A DNA stretch of 64,000 bases from Candidatus Poribacteria bacterium (GCA_963663765.2 CAXXUA010000005.1:960001-1024000); one strand, 5' to 3'; positions 37,973 through 48,590 are shown, counted from the stretch's first letter. The notes: generated from the sequence alone by a model not told the origin. A program made the numbers and translations.

Positions 37973-39151
37973 GTGCGTATCATATTGTACACAGGTAAAG
38001 GGGGTGTCGGTAAAACCACCATTTCTGCAGCAACAGGAATGAAGTTGGCATCCCTCGGATATAAGACGATTGTGATCTCGCTTGACGTAGCACATTCGCT
38101 CCGGGATTCTTACGATAATACCGAACATCTCATTGCGGAGTCGACTGAGAAACAGGTTCAAATCAGTGAGAACCTCTGGATACAGGAGATCAACGTTCAG
38201 GAAGCCATTGTTGAATACTGGGACGAGGTCTACAACTACATACGTTCTTTGTTGAACCGTTCTGGTTTGGAAACTCTTGTAGCGGAAGAGATTGCGGTAT
38301 TTCCGGGCATGGAGGAAATCTGCGCGCTGCTTTATATCAATCAGTATGTCCGTGAAAAAACCTATGATGTGATTATCCTTGATTGTGCACCCACAGGCGA
38401 ATCGTTGCGGTTTGTTAGTATTCCGACCACACTTGAGTGGTATATGCACCGAATCTTCAAATTAGAACGTAGTCTTGCCAAAATCGCTGGACCTGTCATA
38501 GAAAAAGTCAGTTCTGTTCCGATACCAAAGGACGCATACTTCCAAAATATTCAAAACCTCTTTGACAAACTGGAGGGTATTGATAAGGTACTCACAGACC
38601 CAAAAATCACAACAGTGCGATTGGTAACTAATCCCGAAAAAATCGTCATCAAAGAAACACAACGCGCGTTCATGTATTTTTGTCTTTATGGGTTATGTAT
38701 TGATGCAGTCATTATTAACCGTATATTCCCTGATGGTTTGGAAGAAAAGTTCTTTGAAATTTGGAAACAGACACAACAGCAATATATAGCGGAAGCAGAG
38801 AGTTATTTCTCGGATGTGCCAATTTGGAAGGTAAATCTCTTTGACAATCAAATTGTAGGTGAAAAAGGGTTACAGAAATTGGGAGATGTTCTTTACGGCA
38901 ATATTGATCCGGCAGATAGGTTTTCTGAAAAAAGGTCATACCAATTCAGCAAAGTTGGAGATGCCTATCAACTCACGATGCAATTACCTTTTTTAGCAAA
39001 GCAGGATGTGGACTTGTCAAAACATGGGGATGAGTTAATAGTTACCATCGGTGGCTTCAAACGGCATGTTGCTTTGCCACGAACACTTGCGAGTAGAAAA
39101 GCCACAGGTGCAAAACTGACAGGACACCAACTAATCATCTCCTTCCAGTAA
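37973..39151 (+). CDS. ArsA/GET3-family ATPase with C-terminal HSP20-like domain
   Basis: GKGGVGKTT, DVAHSL, PGMEE, DCAPTG; C-terminal 'LPFL...GDELIVTIG.FKR.V.LP'. Confidence 0.88.
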   Translation: MRIILYTGKGGVGKTTISAATGMKLASLGYKTIVISLDVAHSLRDSYDNTEHLIAESTEKQVQISENLWIQEINVQEAIVEYWDEVYNYIRSLLNRSGLETLVAEEIAVFPGMEEICALLYINQYVREKTYDVIILDCAPTGESLRFVSIPTTLEWYMHRIFKLERSLAKIAGPVIEKVSSVPIPKDAYFQNIQNLFDKLEGIDKVLTDPKITTVRLVTNPEKIVIKETQRAFMYFCLYGLCIDAVIINRIFPDGLEEKFFEIWKQTQQQYIAEAESYFSDVPIWKVNLFDNQIVGEKGLQKLGDVLYGNIDPADRFSEKRSYQFSKVGDAYQLTMQLPFLAKQDVDLSKHGDELIVTIGGFKRHVALPRTLASRKATGAKLTGHQLIISFQ

Positions 39152-39199
39152 ACTTTTTGTAAAATCAAACGTCTCAATTTGTGCATACTAAGAAATTAT

Positions 39200-39898
39200 A
39201 TGGAGATAAAAACAGATAAACCTGTATTCACTGTAGTCTTAACAACATTTTTGACGTTTTTATTACTGTTTTTACTACCGAGAAAATCGTTTGGAATTGA
39301 TGCTATCTGGTGGCTTTATCCCAACCTACTCCTTGCAATCGGATGGTTTGGTTTTCTCATTCGCTCATATCGTAATATAACTGAAGATGTATCGTCTCAA
39401 CTGCTTTCAAGTTGTGTGTTGTTTGGAGTTGCAACGACAGCAATATATCTGCCAATGGACAGATTGTTCTCAAGACATGGGAAATTGCGGTTTATCGTCT
39501 ATAGCAGCTCGGATTTCTTGGGTAATGTAACGACACCTATTGGATTGATATTGACCTGGATGCTTCTTGCAACGTTAGCCGTATACCTCTACCATCGACT
39601 CAAGATGTTTGGTCTCCCATCTTTCGTTGCTTCAGGACTTACAGGCATTGCATCTGGATTCGGAAGCGTTGTGATCTACATGCTTGGTAAAGAATTATGG
39701 GAATGGAACTCTCTGCGTATTGATAATATACCAAATATCGCATCAGTACCTATCTTTATGCCGATAACATACATACTTACCTTTACATTATGCCCTTACT
39801 ATTTTCACCGTGAACAACATGCCTTAATTGCAGGGGCAAGGTGCGGTCTTTTCATGGGTGTCATGATGTTCTTGAGTTTTCTGTTTTTTTGGTTGTAG
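39200..39898 (+). CDS. Multi-pass membrane hypothetical protein
   Basis: About 7 hydrophobic segments. Confidence 0.7.
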   Translation: MEIKTDKPVFTVVLTTFLTFLLLFLLPRKSFGIDAIWWLYPNLLLAIGWFGFLIRSYRNITEDVSSQLLSSCVLFGVATTAIYLPMDRLFSRHGKLRFIVYSSSDFLGNVTTPIGLILTWMLLATLAVYLYHRLKMFGLPSFVASGLTGIASGFGSVVIYMLGKELWEWNSLRIDNIPNIASVPIFMPITYILTFTLCPYYFHREQHALIAGARCGLFMGVMMFLSFLFFWL

Positions 39899-40013
39899 TA
39901 ACAACATAAAACAAGGTAGGTACAACGATTAACACATCATTGATTGAGCGCGGGTGTAAATATTACATGTTTTAGAAATTTCTGCGTGAATATCAGACTA
40001 TTAGGAAAAAAAT

Positions 40014-40577
40014 ATGGCTGACTTACTCGAAAAGAAAAGGATACGTTCAACAACAATACTGGCTGTCCGTCGGAATGGTGAAATCGCAATTGGCGGAGAT
40101 GGACAAGTTACATTAGGCAATACGGCTATTAAACACAGTGCACGTAAAATTCGTAAAATCTATCAGGATCGTGTTCTCATAGGGTTCGCGGGATCCACTT
40201 CGGACGCACTCACCCTTTACGAAAACTTAGAGAAAAAACTGGAGCAGTATCGTGGCAACTTGCAGAAAGCTGCCGTAGAACTCGCCAGAGATTGGCGTAG
40301 TGATCGCATTCTTAGACGCGTAGACGCTTTGATGATTGCAATCAATGAAAACGATAGTTACTTGATCTCTGGTACCGGTGATCTCATCATACCCGATGAT
40401 GATGTACTCGCTATCGGTTCGGGAGGCTCCATTGCCCTTGCTGCTGCCAGAGCACTACTCAATTACTCAGAACTTACTGCATCTGAAGTCGTCGCTGAAG
40501 CCTTAAGGATTACAAGTGAAATATGCATTTACACGAATGCAGAAATAGAAATTGAATCAATAAAGACAGAAAAATAG
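40014..40577 (+). CDS. hslV: ATP-dependent protease peptidase subunit HslV
   Basis: STTILAVRR, GDGQVTLG, GFAGS, IGSGG, ICIYTN. Confidence 0.96.
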   Translation: MADLLEKKRIRSTTILAVRRNGEIAIGGDGQVTLGNTAIKHSARKIRKIYQDRVLIGFAGSTSDALTLYENLEKKLEQYRGNLQKAAVELARDWRSDRILRRVDALMIAINENDSYLISGTGDLIIPDDDVLAIGSGGSIALAAARALLNYSELTASEVVAEALRITSEICIYTNAEIEIESIKTEK

Positions 40578-40650
40578 AAAAACACACATAATATCTGTTA
40601 TTTTGGTGATGGCACAACGTCAAGTGCCTACCACATTTTAGGAGGTTACA

Positions 40651-42183
40651 TTGGAGAAATCAATAGTTGAAACAAAGAGTTTAACAGACGCACTGACCCC
40701 GCGGCAAATTGTTGAAGAACTTGACAAGTATATTATCGGACAATTTGAAGCGAAAAGGAGTGTTGCCATTGCCTTACGTAATCGTGCACGTAGACAAATG
40801 CTTGCAGAAGATATGCAAGACGAAGTTTCACCGAAAAATATTATCATGATCGGTTCAACAGGTGTCGGGAAAACGGAAATTGCTCGAAGACTTGCACGCC
40901 TTGTTGATGCCCCTTTCATAAAAGTTGAAGCTTCCAAGTATACTGAAATCGGTTATGTTGGTCGAGACGTAGAATCAATGATCCGCGACTTAACGGAACT
41001 CTCAGTCAGTAAAGTAAAAGCAGAACAAACGTCATCAGTTGAAGAAGCTGCATTAGAATTGGCTGAAGAAAGACTATTGGATTGCCTATTACCTTTGCCT
41101 CGGTCTTTGAAAAGTCAACGCACCAAGGAACCAGAAGATGACCTTGAAATAGATTTAGACGAAGATATTGAGATTGACGAAGATATTGAGATTGACGAAG
41201 ATATTGATGACGAAGATGATGATGATGACATCCCATTTCCGTTTGACCTAATAGAAGCCGCTGATGAACAAAATGAAGCATTAGAAAAACAGCGAGAACG
41301 TCACCAAAAAACCCGTGAAAAATTAAGACAGCGGTTGAAGAATGGAGACTTTGAAGATAGACCTGTTGAAATCAATATGAAAAGTAGGAGTATGCCGTTT
41401 GTGGAGATATTTTCTCCTGGCGGTATTGAGGAGATGGACATCAACTTCAAAGATATGTTCAACAACATTCTCCCGAGTCAGACGAAAAAACGACGTGTGA
41501 AGGTCTCTGAAGCCAGACAAATTCTGATGCAAGAGGAAGCGGAAAAACTGATTGACATGGACGCTGTCATCAGTGATGCGATTGAACGTGTAGAAAACAC
41601 TGGAATCGTCTTCTTAGATGAAATTGACAAAATTGCGGGACGTGAATCTCGGCAGGGACCAGATGTCTCACGCGAAGGTGTGCAACGCGATATTCTACCC
41701 ATCATCGAAGGTAGCACAGTCGCAACGAAATATGGAGCTGTACGCACACACCATATCCTGTTCATCGCTGCAGGTGCATTTCACGTCTCAAGCCCATCAG
41801 ACCTGATCCCGGAACTACAAGGAAGGTTCCCAATCCGTGTTGAACTCAAGAGTCTAAACCAAAGTGACTTTAAATCTATCCTAACAGAACCGAAGAACGC
41901 CTTAGTCAAGCAATATACAGCACTCCTCCAAACTGAAGAAATTGAAGCAACTATCACCGAAGATGCAATTGAGGAAATCGCTGCACTGGCATTTCAGGTG
42001 AACGAGTCTGTAGAAGACATCGGCGCAAGACGACTGCACACTATCATGGAAAAACTATTTGAGAACCTATTCTTTGACGCACCCGATCTTAAAGAGGACA
42101 GTGTTACGATAGATGCAGAATATGTCACTGGCGAATTGGAGGAGATCGTTAAAGATCAGGATCTAAGCAAGTATATCCTATAG
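40651..42183 (+). CDS. hslU: ATP-dependent protease ATPase subunit HslU with acidic I-domain insertion
   Basis: [48 protein letters not shown]. Confidence 0.96.
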   Translation: MEKSIVETKSLTDALTPRQIVEELDKYIIGQFEAKRSVAIALRNRARRQMLAEDMQDEVSPKNIIMIGSTGVGKTEIARRLARLVDAPFIKVEASKYTEIGYVGRDVESMIRDLTELSVSKVKAEQTSSVEEAALELAEERLLDCLLPLPRSLKSQRTKEPEDDLEIDLDEDIEIDEDIEIDEDIDDEDDDDDIPFPFDLIEAADEQNEALEKQRERHQKTREKLRQRLKNGDFEDRPVEINMKSRSMPFVEIFSPGGIEEMDINFKDMFNNILPSQTKKRRVKVSEARQILMQEEAEKLIDMDAVISDAIERVENTGIVFLDEIDKIAGRESRQGPDVSREGVQRDILPIIEGSTVATKYGAVRTHHILFIAAGAFHVSSPSDLIPELQGRFPIRVELKSLNQSDFKSILTEPKNALVKQYTALLQTEEIEATITEDAIEEIAALAFQVNESVEDIGARRLHTIMEKLFENLFFDAPDLKEDSVTIDAEYVTGELEEIVKDQDLSKYIL

Positions 42184-42193
42184 CTGGCACAAC

Positions 42194-43012
42194 TTACCTA
42201 TCTTCTGAAGACTGACGCATCCGCTTTGCAGAAAGGTATTGTTCTTCCAAGTGTGGTATACCCCCAGCTTTTTCAAGAAACGTATCTAAATAACGATTCA
42301 TCATGAGATGATCACCGTGATCTTGGTATGCAAGTGCGAGACGATAGTAAGCCTCTAATTCAGCAGCATCCAGAGATACACCTTTTTCATACGCTTGAAT
42401 AGCACTGAGTAATTCACCAGTTTCTTGGTAAGCAAGACCGAGGTTAAAGTAGACCGTAGCATCACCACCATCTATCTCTATACCTGCTTTATAATACTGT
42501 ATGGCTTCAGCATAAGATTCTTTATTTAGATACGCATCAGCGAGGTTGTAGTAGGTATCTACAAATGTTGGGTCAGATGTGAGCGCGTTTTGATATGCCT
42601 CAAGTGCTTCTTCAAATCTGTCGGACATGTCGTAAGCATAACCGAGATTGTTATAGAACGCAGGATTTTCCGGTTCAATTTCAAGTGCAGCTCTAAACAT
42701 CTCTATCGCAAGGAGAAACAAACGAAGATTGAGATAAACTAAACCCAAGTTGTTATAAGCGTGCTGATACTTTTCGTCAAGAGACAGTGCCGTTTGAAAA
42801 GAAGCTATTGCCTTGTCGTGTTCACCTAACTGATGATAAATTTTTCCTAACTCCACATGTCCTGCTGGATCAATTGGGTTGAGTGCTTGACCCATTTCAA
42901 GTTTCATAGCCTGGCGCTTGAGTTCACTTTGTTGCTGTTGTGCTTCATCAGGAGTGGAACAGCCGTATAATAAACAAGTTATGAAGATCAGCAAAATGAC
43001 CCGTTGTCCCAT
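42194..43012 (-). CDS. TPR-repeat lipoprotein
   Basis: YGC lipobox; AYNNLG / YNNLG / YFNLG TPR repeats. Confidence 0.88.
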   Translation of the reverse strand: MGQRVILLIFITCLLYGCSTPDEAQQQQSELKRQAMKLEMGQALNPIDPAGHVELGKIYHQLGEHDKAIASFQTALSLDEKYQHAYNNLGLVYLNLRLFLLAIEMFRAALEIEPENPAFYNNLGYAYDMSDRFEEALEAYQNALTSDPTFVDTYYNLADAYLNKESYAEAIQYYKAGIEIDGGDATVYFNLGLAYQETGELLSAIQAYEKGVSLDAAELEAYYRLALAYQDHGDHLMMNRYLDTFLEKAGGIPHLEEQYLSAKRMRQSSEDR

Positions 43013-43057
43013 CTTGAAGACTTCTAATCTTTTTTCTAAAATAATTGGGGAATATTG

Positions 43058-43894
43058 ATGATTATTGACACACATACGCATTTTTATGACCCGACGCGCC
43101 CAGAAGGTGTGCCGTGGCCAAACCCTAAAGATGAACTGCTTTACCGCAAAGTAATGCCAGACGACTATAAGAAACTTGCTGTGCCTGAAGGCGTAACTGG
43201 AACCGTAGTCGTTGAGGCAAGCAAATGGGTTGATGATAACCAGTGGATTCTTGACCTTGCTGCAAATGAACCGTTTATTGTCGGATTTGTAGGCAACTTA
43301 GCACCTAACGATGAAGATTTTGAGAAAAACCTAAAACGTTTTTCCGCTAATCCGCTTTTCCGCGGTATCCGTCTCGGTGGTGGACATCTTCAGCAAATTG
43401 GAGATGCTACCTTCATCAAAAACATTGAGAAGTTAGCAGCAAATGAACTAACTTTAGACCTACTCATCAATCCAGAAGCACTGAAACATTTGCCTGCTTT
43501 AGTTGAACACACACCGACGATGCGTGTTGTGATAAACCACGTCGCAGGTGTTCGCGTTGATGGCAATCCGCCTGATGAGACATGGGTTTCACGGATACAA
43601 GAAGCTGCACGTTATCCGAATGTCTATTGCAAGGTATCGGGGTTGGTAGAACACACTGGACAAAAACCTGCACCTGAAGACCTTGCCTACTACACGCCAA
43701 CTATAGATGTTTTATGGAAAGCGTTTGGTGAAGATAGACTTATCTACGGAAGCAACTGGCCCGTATCGGAACGTTTCGCTCAATATAAGGTCGTACAAAA
43801 CATTGTGAACGACTACTTCAGTGCAAAAGGTAATGAAGCTAAGGCAAAGTTCTTCTCAAAAAACGCAATAGCAGCGTATCAGTTATCGGTTTAA
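43058..43894 (+). CDS. Amidohydrolase_2 family (sugar lactonase-like)
   Basis: IDTHTH, INHVA, YCKVSG, YGSNWP. Confidence 0.88.
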   Translation: MIIDTHTHFYDPTRPEGVPWPNPKDELLYRKVMPDDYKKLAVPEGVTGTVVVEASKWVDDNQWILDLAANEPFIVGFVGNLAPNDEDFEKNLKRFSANPLFRGIRLGGGHLQQIGDATFIKNIEKLAANELTLDLLINPEALKHLPALVEHTPTMRVVINHVAGVRVDGNPPDETWVSRIQEAARYPNVYCKVSGLVEHTGQKPAPEDLAYYTPTIDVLWKAFGEDRLIYGSNWPVSERFAQYKVVQNIVNDYFSAKGNEAKAKFFSKNAIAAYQLSV

Positions 43895-44460
43895 GCCACC
43901 CATCGTATAAACTCACCTGCAGATTTACGTTTCGGTTCTTTTACTTCTGCGGGATAACCTGTATAGAAAAAACCGATGATGTATTCCTGTGATGAATCTA
44001 TACCCAGCAACTTATAAGTCGGTTCTTCCATTGTGATTCTGCCGGTACTCCACTGCATACCGACTCCTGCATCCCATGCAGCGAGTTGAATGTTCTGCAT
44101 AGCGCAACATGTTGCTGCGTAATCTTCACGTTGCCGTTGTTCATCCCCGTCTTGGACACAGGACACAGCGATAATTGTTGGCTTAGACATGAACTTTTCG
44201 TAAGCCAGTTCACCGATTTTAGCAAGATTCACTGCATCCACGTGATCGGGTGTATCCTCCATCTTGATTTCTCGGTAACGTTGTGCGAGTATCCGTTTTG
44301 TCTTTTCACCCATAACGGTAAATCGCCACGGTTCTGTTACATGATGGTTCGGTGCCCATATCCCGTAACTGAACACCTGTTCAATTACATCGTTTGGCAC
44401 AGATTCCTGTTTGAATTTGAAAACGGAACGTCTTGAAAGTATTGCATCTTTTACGTCCAT
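43891..44460 (-). CDS. Nitroreductase family protein (YdjA-like)
   Basis: SRRSV, WAPNHH..EPWRF, QNIQLAA, WSTG. Confidence 0.9.
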   Translation of the reverse strand: MDVKDAILSRRSVFKFKQESVPNDVIEQVFSYGIWAPNHHVTEPWRFTVMGEKTKRILAQRYREIKMEDTPDHVDAVNLAKIGELAYEKFMSKPTIIAVSCVQDGDEQRQREDYAATCCAMQNIQLAAWDAGVGMQWSTGRITMEEPTYKLLGIDSSQEYIIGFFYTGYPAEVKEPKRKSAGEFIRWVA

Positions 44461-44526
44461 AAATCCTCCTTTTGAATTATAGTTTATTAGTTGGTTGATT
44501 GCAAGCGTTGAATCCATCAATTTGCT

Positions 44527-45960
44527 CTATCCTAATGCAGCTTTAAGGCGTTCTACCGCTTCAATTGTATCCTCAATTTCTTTCTTTGGTATGTTAGCAA
44601 TAGTAGCATGGCTAAGCGGGTTTAGAATACGACTCCGATACAATTCAATATCATTGATAAGATCCTTGTCTAACAAGGCAGGATCCTCTTTCTCAGTCCT
44701 TCTTTTATTTTCAATCTTTATTGCATCCCAAAAATCTTGCGTGTCTTGTTTGTTCGGTTCTCGGCGATATCTAACAGGGATATGCTTATCCTCACAAAAA
44801 TTCTTTATTATCACCTCAAACGCTGTGCGTAGATAAACCGCACATGCTTTATAATCGTTTGCTTCAAAATAATCCCTTGCATTGTCAAGGTATGCCTTAT
44901 CCTCCACATAGACAGGAATTTCATATTCATCGGTCTGCCGAAAATAGAACTCAACGGCTTTCCATTTCCCACCGTGGGATGTCCGTTGTTTAACAATTTC
45001 GTACCACGATTTATCATAAGTTGTCAGAAATATTTGATAATCTGCAAAATACGCTTCTAAAATATCAAGAATTGGGAGACGATTTGACATGTCTAAACCG
45101 ATTAGTACGTCATCTAATGCTAAAATCTTTAACTCGCTTTCAGGCTGGATTAAGATTGATGAAAAGTAGATAGCAATAGCAATCGCTGACAACTTTGCTT
45201 CGTTTAGAAAACGGTGATGAGTCGGAATGTCCCTGTCAAAGAACTCAACATTTAAGGAAATTTCCTGATTATCAAGAGTCTTTTCGTCTCGGTTGTATGT
45301 TATTCCTTGAAAATCTAAGTTGAGCGTAACGTTATATCCAAATTTTTGGAGAATTTCGGATGTTTTCGCTTGCAGTATTTCCAATCTACGTTTTAATTCG
45401 CTGTTGAAGGTTTCTATTTCTGTTTCCAATTCTGCGATTTTCGTTTTAGCGTTTCGGCGGGGACACGGCTTCTGTTGGACGCTTTCCCATTCTTCACCAA
45501 GCGTTCTATTTGTTACAGGATTGACGGTGTTGACCAAAAGATTATCCACTAACAATTTGAAGACATTCACGTTTTCTTCTTCACGATGGACGTAGTGTGT
45601 TTCCAGCAAATCCTTATAGTCAAGGAAACCTTTTGCCTTTGATGCTTCAATAATTAGTGGATCATTCGTTTCTCTAACGTTTTGGGACCATTCATAGACG
45701 CGCTCATTTGTTCCTGGGTTTGCACGGAGATGTAATTTGATGTGTCCATCATCGTTTGCAATAAAGATATTCTGATGCTCTTTGAATTGGTGAGATCCTT
45801 CACTGGATTCCAGAAAAAACTTTAATGCCTGATACAACGAAGTTTTTCCGCTGCCGTTTTCACCGTAAACAAGTAGATTTTTCCCCGCCTTATGCAGATC
45901 AATTTGATAGGAACTTGGAAAAGCCCTAAAATTTCTAATCTCAATTTTGGTAATTCTCAT
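44527..45960 (-). CDS. ABC/SMC-like ATPase with C-terminal HEPN-like domain (RloC/PrrC-like)
   Basis: GENGSGKT Walker A, coiled coil, LNEAK signature, ALDD Walker B, TTYD H-loop variant; C-terminal helical 'YLRTAFE...RSRILNPLSH'. Confidence 0.75.
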   Translation of the reverse strand: MRITKIEIRNFRAFPSSYQIDLHKAGKNLLVYGENGSGKTSLYQALKFFLESSEGSHQFKEHQNIFIANDDGHIKLHLRANPGTNERVYEWSQNVRETNDPLIIEASKAKGFLDYKDLLETHYVHREEENVNVFKLLVDNLLVNTVNPVTNRTLGEEWESVQQKPCPRRNAKTKIAELETEIETFNSELKRRLEILQAKTSEILQKFGYNVTLNLDFQGITYNRDEKTLDNQEISLNVEFFDRDIPTHHRFLNEAKLSAIAIAIYFSSILIQPESELKILALDDVLIGLDMSNRLPILDILEAYFADYQIFLTTYDKSWYEIVKQRTSHGGKWKAVEFYFRQTDEYEIPVYVEDKAYLDNARDYFEANDYKACAVYLRTAFEVIIKNFCEDKHIPVRYRREPNKQDTQDFWDAIKIENKRRTEKEDPALLDKDLINDIELYRSRILNPLSHATIANIPKKEIEDTIEAVERLKAALG

Positions 45961-48590
45961 GCCTTACCCTCAATGATGCGAATAGGTTTAACACTGTCTA
46001 AAAAGAAAAGATTCCTTGCAACTGGATGATGCTTATCACATAATCGCTCAAAGATGTCCCGGAACGAAGACATTTTATCACCTTGAATCTTTTCAAGTTG
46101 CGGTAATTGCTCGTCGAATAACGGTTGGAAAAAGTATTTGTCACCCCGATGGAGTTCATCAGGTAAATAGAGTTCATAGACTAACCCGTTAAGGATATTT
46201 CCGAAATATCCTACCATCACGCGATCGCTGGCATAAGCTAAATCCTTACTGTTTACCGTTGGTTGTTTCTTGAGATAGAGAATATATTCAACGATTTTGT
46301 GAATAAGTGCCTGCTGTTCTGGTTCTATATCAGGGATCGGAATTTGTGAGACATATCGAGACGTAAATTTTAAAAACGGTCCCCGAATCTGTGGGGCAGT
46401 CCGCGCATAAAACCATGAAACTGCTCTGGTATTCAGCACACCGAGTAACCATAGTTCCTTAGTAGGTAGCAGAGAAGCGGGCAGTGCAGCATAGTAACCT
46501 TCATCGTCAAAAGCGAAAGCTGTTTCACTTGCCATCTCTGGATATATACACTTTGGATGCTCAAATCGATCCGTGTCTTTTGAGGCAACTTGGAGTTCAT
46601 ACCATTCCTGCTTTCCTGAACGTTTTTTCAAGGCATTGTTATATCTTTCCAAATGTTTTTTAATTGCGGGATAAGCGTCAATATCTATCCCGTGGTGAGT
46701 AAAGATCAACCATTTGTCTTTCGATTTCACTTGCCAACGTTGAATATCGTTTGTCATCAGAAAAGGTTTTAAAATCTGTGCTGATGATGGGTGTTCGGCA
46801 ATGAGTGCATCCCGCGTCTCACGTTCCACGATAAACGCTTCGTTATATCCTGTGATGATTCCACTCGACGGGTGATCTTGAAGATATTCTTGCAACGGTT
46901 TGCCAACATTTCGGAATTTCTCAAGTAGTCCCAACACTGCAGCGGATTCTTGGGTTTTCCCATCATGCGTCACAATCTTTTGCGTCGTGGTAAATGGGTT
47001 TACTGAGTATTGCTTCAACATGTCAACGATGTCTTTCGGCACTTTAACGTCATTTCTCCGCTCAAATGTAAAAATATTTTTATATAAGTTGTGAAACGCG
47101 ACAATGATATCAATTCCTTTGTTTTTGGCAGTGGTCAGATCGGTTTTGGCTCTATCCCATTCTCTCAGATTTAACTGTGCTAACCCTCGATGGCAATAAG
47201 ATATAGCATCATCAGGATCCAGTTTTAGGGACATATCATAATTTGCAATGGCTTTCTCAAATTCACCTGTGAGGAGGTAAACATTACCGAGATTATAATA
47301 GGCTCCTGCATGGTATTGATTTATATTTATTGCATTGGTCAAGCTATTGATTCCCTCATCAAACTTGTCTCTCTTGCCATAAGCAACTCCGCGATTAACA
47401 TAGGCATCAACAAAATCTGATTTGAGTGCTATCGCAGTGTTAAAGTCAGCAATAGCCTTGTCAAAATCGCCTTTGTCATCATAGACATTGCCCCGATTAT
47501 TATACGCTGCGGCAAACTCTGGTTGTAACTCTATTGCAGTATTAAAATCATTAATCCCTTTGTCATCCTTTCCGCTACGGACAAAAGCAAGACCCCGATT
47601 ATTATACGCTTCAGCGAATTCTGGTTGTAACTCTATCGCTATGTTAAAGTCATTAATAGCTTTTTCAATTTCACCTTGGTGTAAATAAGCTTCACCACGG
47701 TTTACATAGGCATTGGCATAATCTGGGTGCAGTTCTATTGCCTTATTAAAGTCGTCAATCCCTTTTTTGGTTTCGCTTATGACTACGTAAGTATTGCCAC
47801 GATTGTTATAAATTGCAGCCTGTTGCAAATCGAGGACTAAGGCATTAGTATAATGCGTAATTGCTTTTCTATACGCCTTCTGTTTTTCTTCTGGGATCTT
47901 TGCTTCATCTCCCTTATCTTTCTCAGAGCGTCCATTGTAAAATTCTCTATATGCCATCCAATACGCATTCTGGCTACTAATAAATCCCTGAATATCATTA
48001 TAGATAGTTTTGGGAGATATTTCGCGATCGAGTCGGCCTTGCAAGTGCTCTAATATAAGTAATTTGAGATCCTTCGGAATATTGATTATATCTTCATTAT
48101 CTGGATCAATGAAACCATCAGGCGGTTGAATGAATACGCTATCCTGGTCAGCAGCACGCTTCACTGAACCCCGTGGATATTTGAGCATCTTTTTCACTGC
48201 TTCTGTCTTTTGTAAGATAATAACTCGGCCAGACTTGTCCGGATGACCGTAGCATGCAAAAAAAAGAGCAACCTTATCGTCGGTAGTAAAATCTATCAGG
48301 TTTGTTTTACCACCATAATGTTGGAGTGCGGTGAGGATTTCAAATTTTTCCTTTTCGTCTATGTATTCTTTCGCAGCATCCACAATTTCGGTCTGAACAT
48401 CCGCTATATCGGAATACTTCAACTTGACCGCCTTAAGTTCACGATAGAGACTTGACGAGACTTTCTTATGACATTTAGCTTCACCACGGAAAATGTAGTC
48501 ACCATCTGTGGTCTTCTTCTCTATCTCATCAATGATTTCATCAACTGTTCTTAGCTTGCTTTTGGATTCAGATCGGTTTTTCGTACCCAT
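45957..48590 (-). CDS. FRG domain + TPR repeats + TaqI_C/Eco57I-like target-recognition domain fusion
   Basis: YIFRGE, QHYGGKTNLIDFT, ALFFAC; about 7 AY.NRG TPRs; GIITGYNEAF...WYELQ...PKCIYP...LLGVLNT...QIPIP. Confidence 0.8.
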   Translation of the reverse strand: MGTKNRSESKSKLRTVDEIIDEIEKKTTDGDYIFRGEAKCHKKVSSSLYRELKAVKLKYSDIADVQTEIVDAAKEYIDEKEKFEILTALQHYGGKTNLIDFTTDDKVALFFACYGHPDKSGRVIILQKTEAVKKMLKYPRGSVKRAADQDSVFIQPPDGFIDPDNEDIINIPKDLKLLILEHLQGRLDREISPKTIYNDIQGFISSQNAYWMAYREFYNGRSEKDKGDEAKIPEEKQKAYRKAITHYTNALVLDLQQAAIYNNRGNTYVVISETKKGIDDFNKAIELHPDYANAYVNRGEAYLHQGEIEKAINDFNIAIELQPEFAEAYNNRGLAFVRSGKDDKGINDFNTAIELQPEFAAAYNNRGNVYDDKGDFDKAIADFNTAIALKSDFVDAYVNRGVAYGKRDKFDEGINSLTNAININQYHAGAYYNLGNVYLLTGEFEKAIANYDMSLKLDPDDAISYCHRGLAQLNLREWDRAKTDLTTAKNKGIDIIVAFHNLYKNIFTFERRNDVKVPKDIVDMLKQYSVNPFTTTQKIVTHDGKTQESAAVLGLLEKFRNVGKPLQEYLQDHPSSGIITGYNEAFIVERETRDALIAEHPSSAQILKPFLMTNDIQRWQVKSKDKWLIFTHHGIDIDAYPAIKKHLERYNNALKKRSGKQEWYELQVASKDTDRFEHPKCIYPEMASETAFAFDDEGYYAALPASLLPTKELWLLGVLNTRAVSWFYARTAPQIRGPFLKFTSRYVSQIPIPDIEPEQQALIHKIVEYILYLKKQPTVNSKDLAYASDRVMVGYFGNILNGLVYELYLPDELHRGDKYFFQPLFDEQLPQLEKIQGDKMSSFRDIFERLCDKHHPVARNLFFLDSVKPIRIIEGKA

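Noticed and set aside
37973-39151. Arsenic-resistance operon
   Set aside because: No arsB/acr3, arsC, arsD or arsR nearby, and the protein is single-domain Get3-like.
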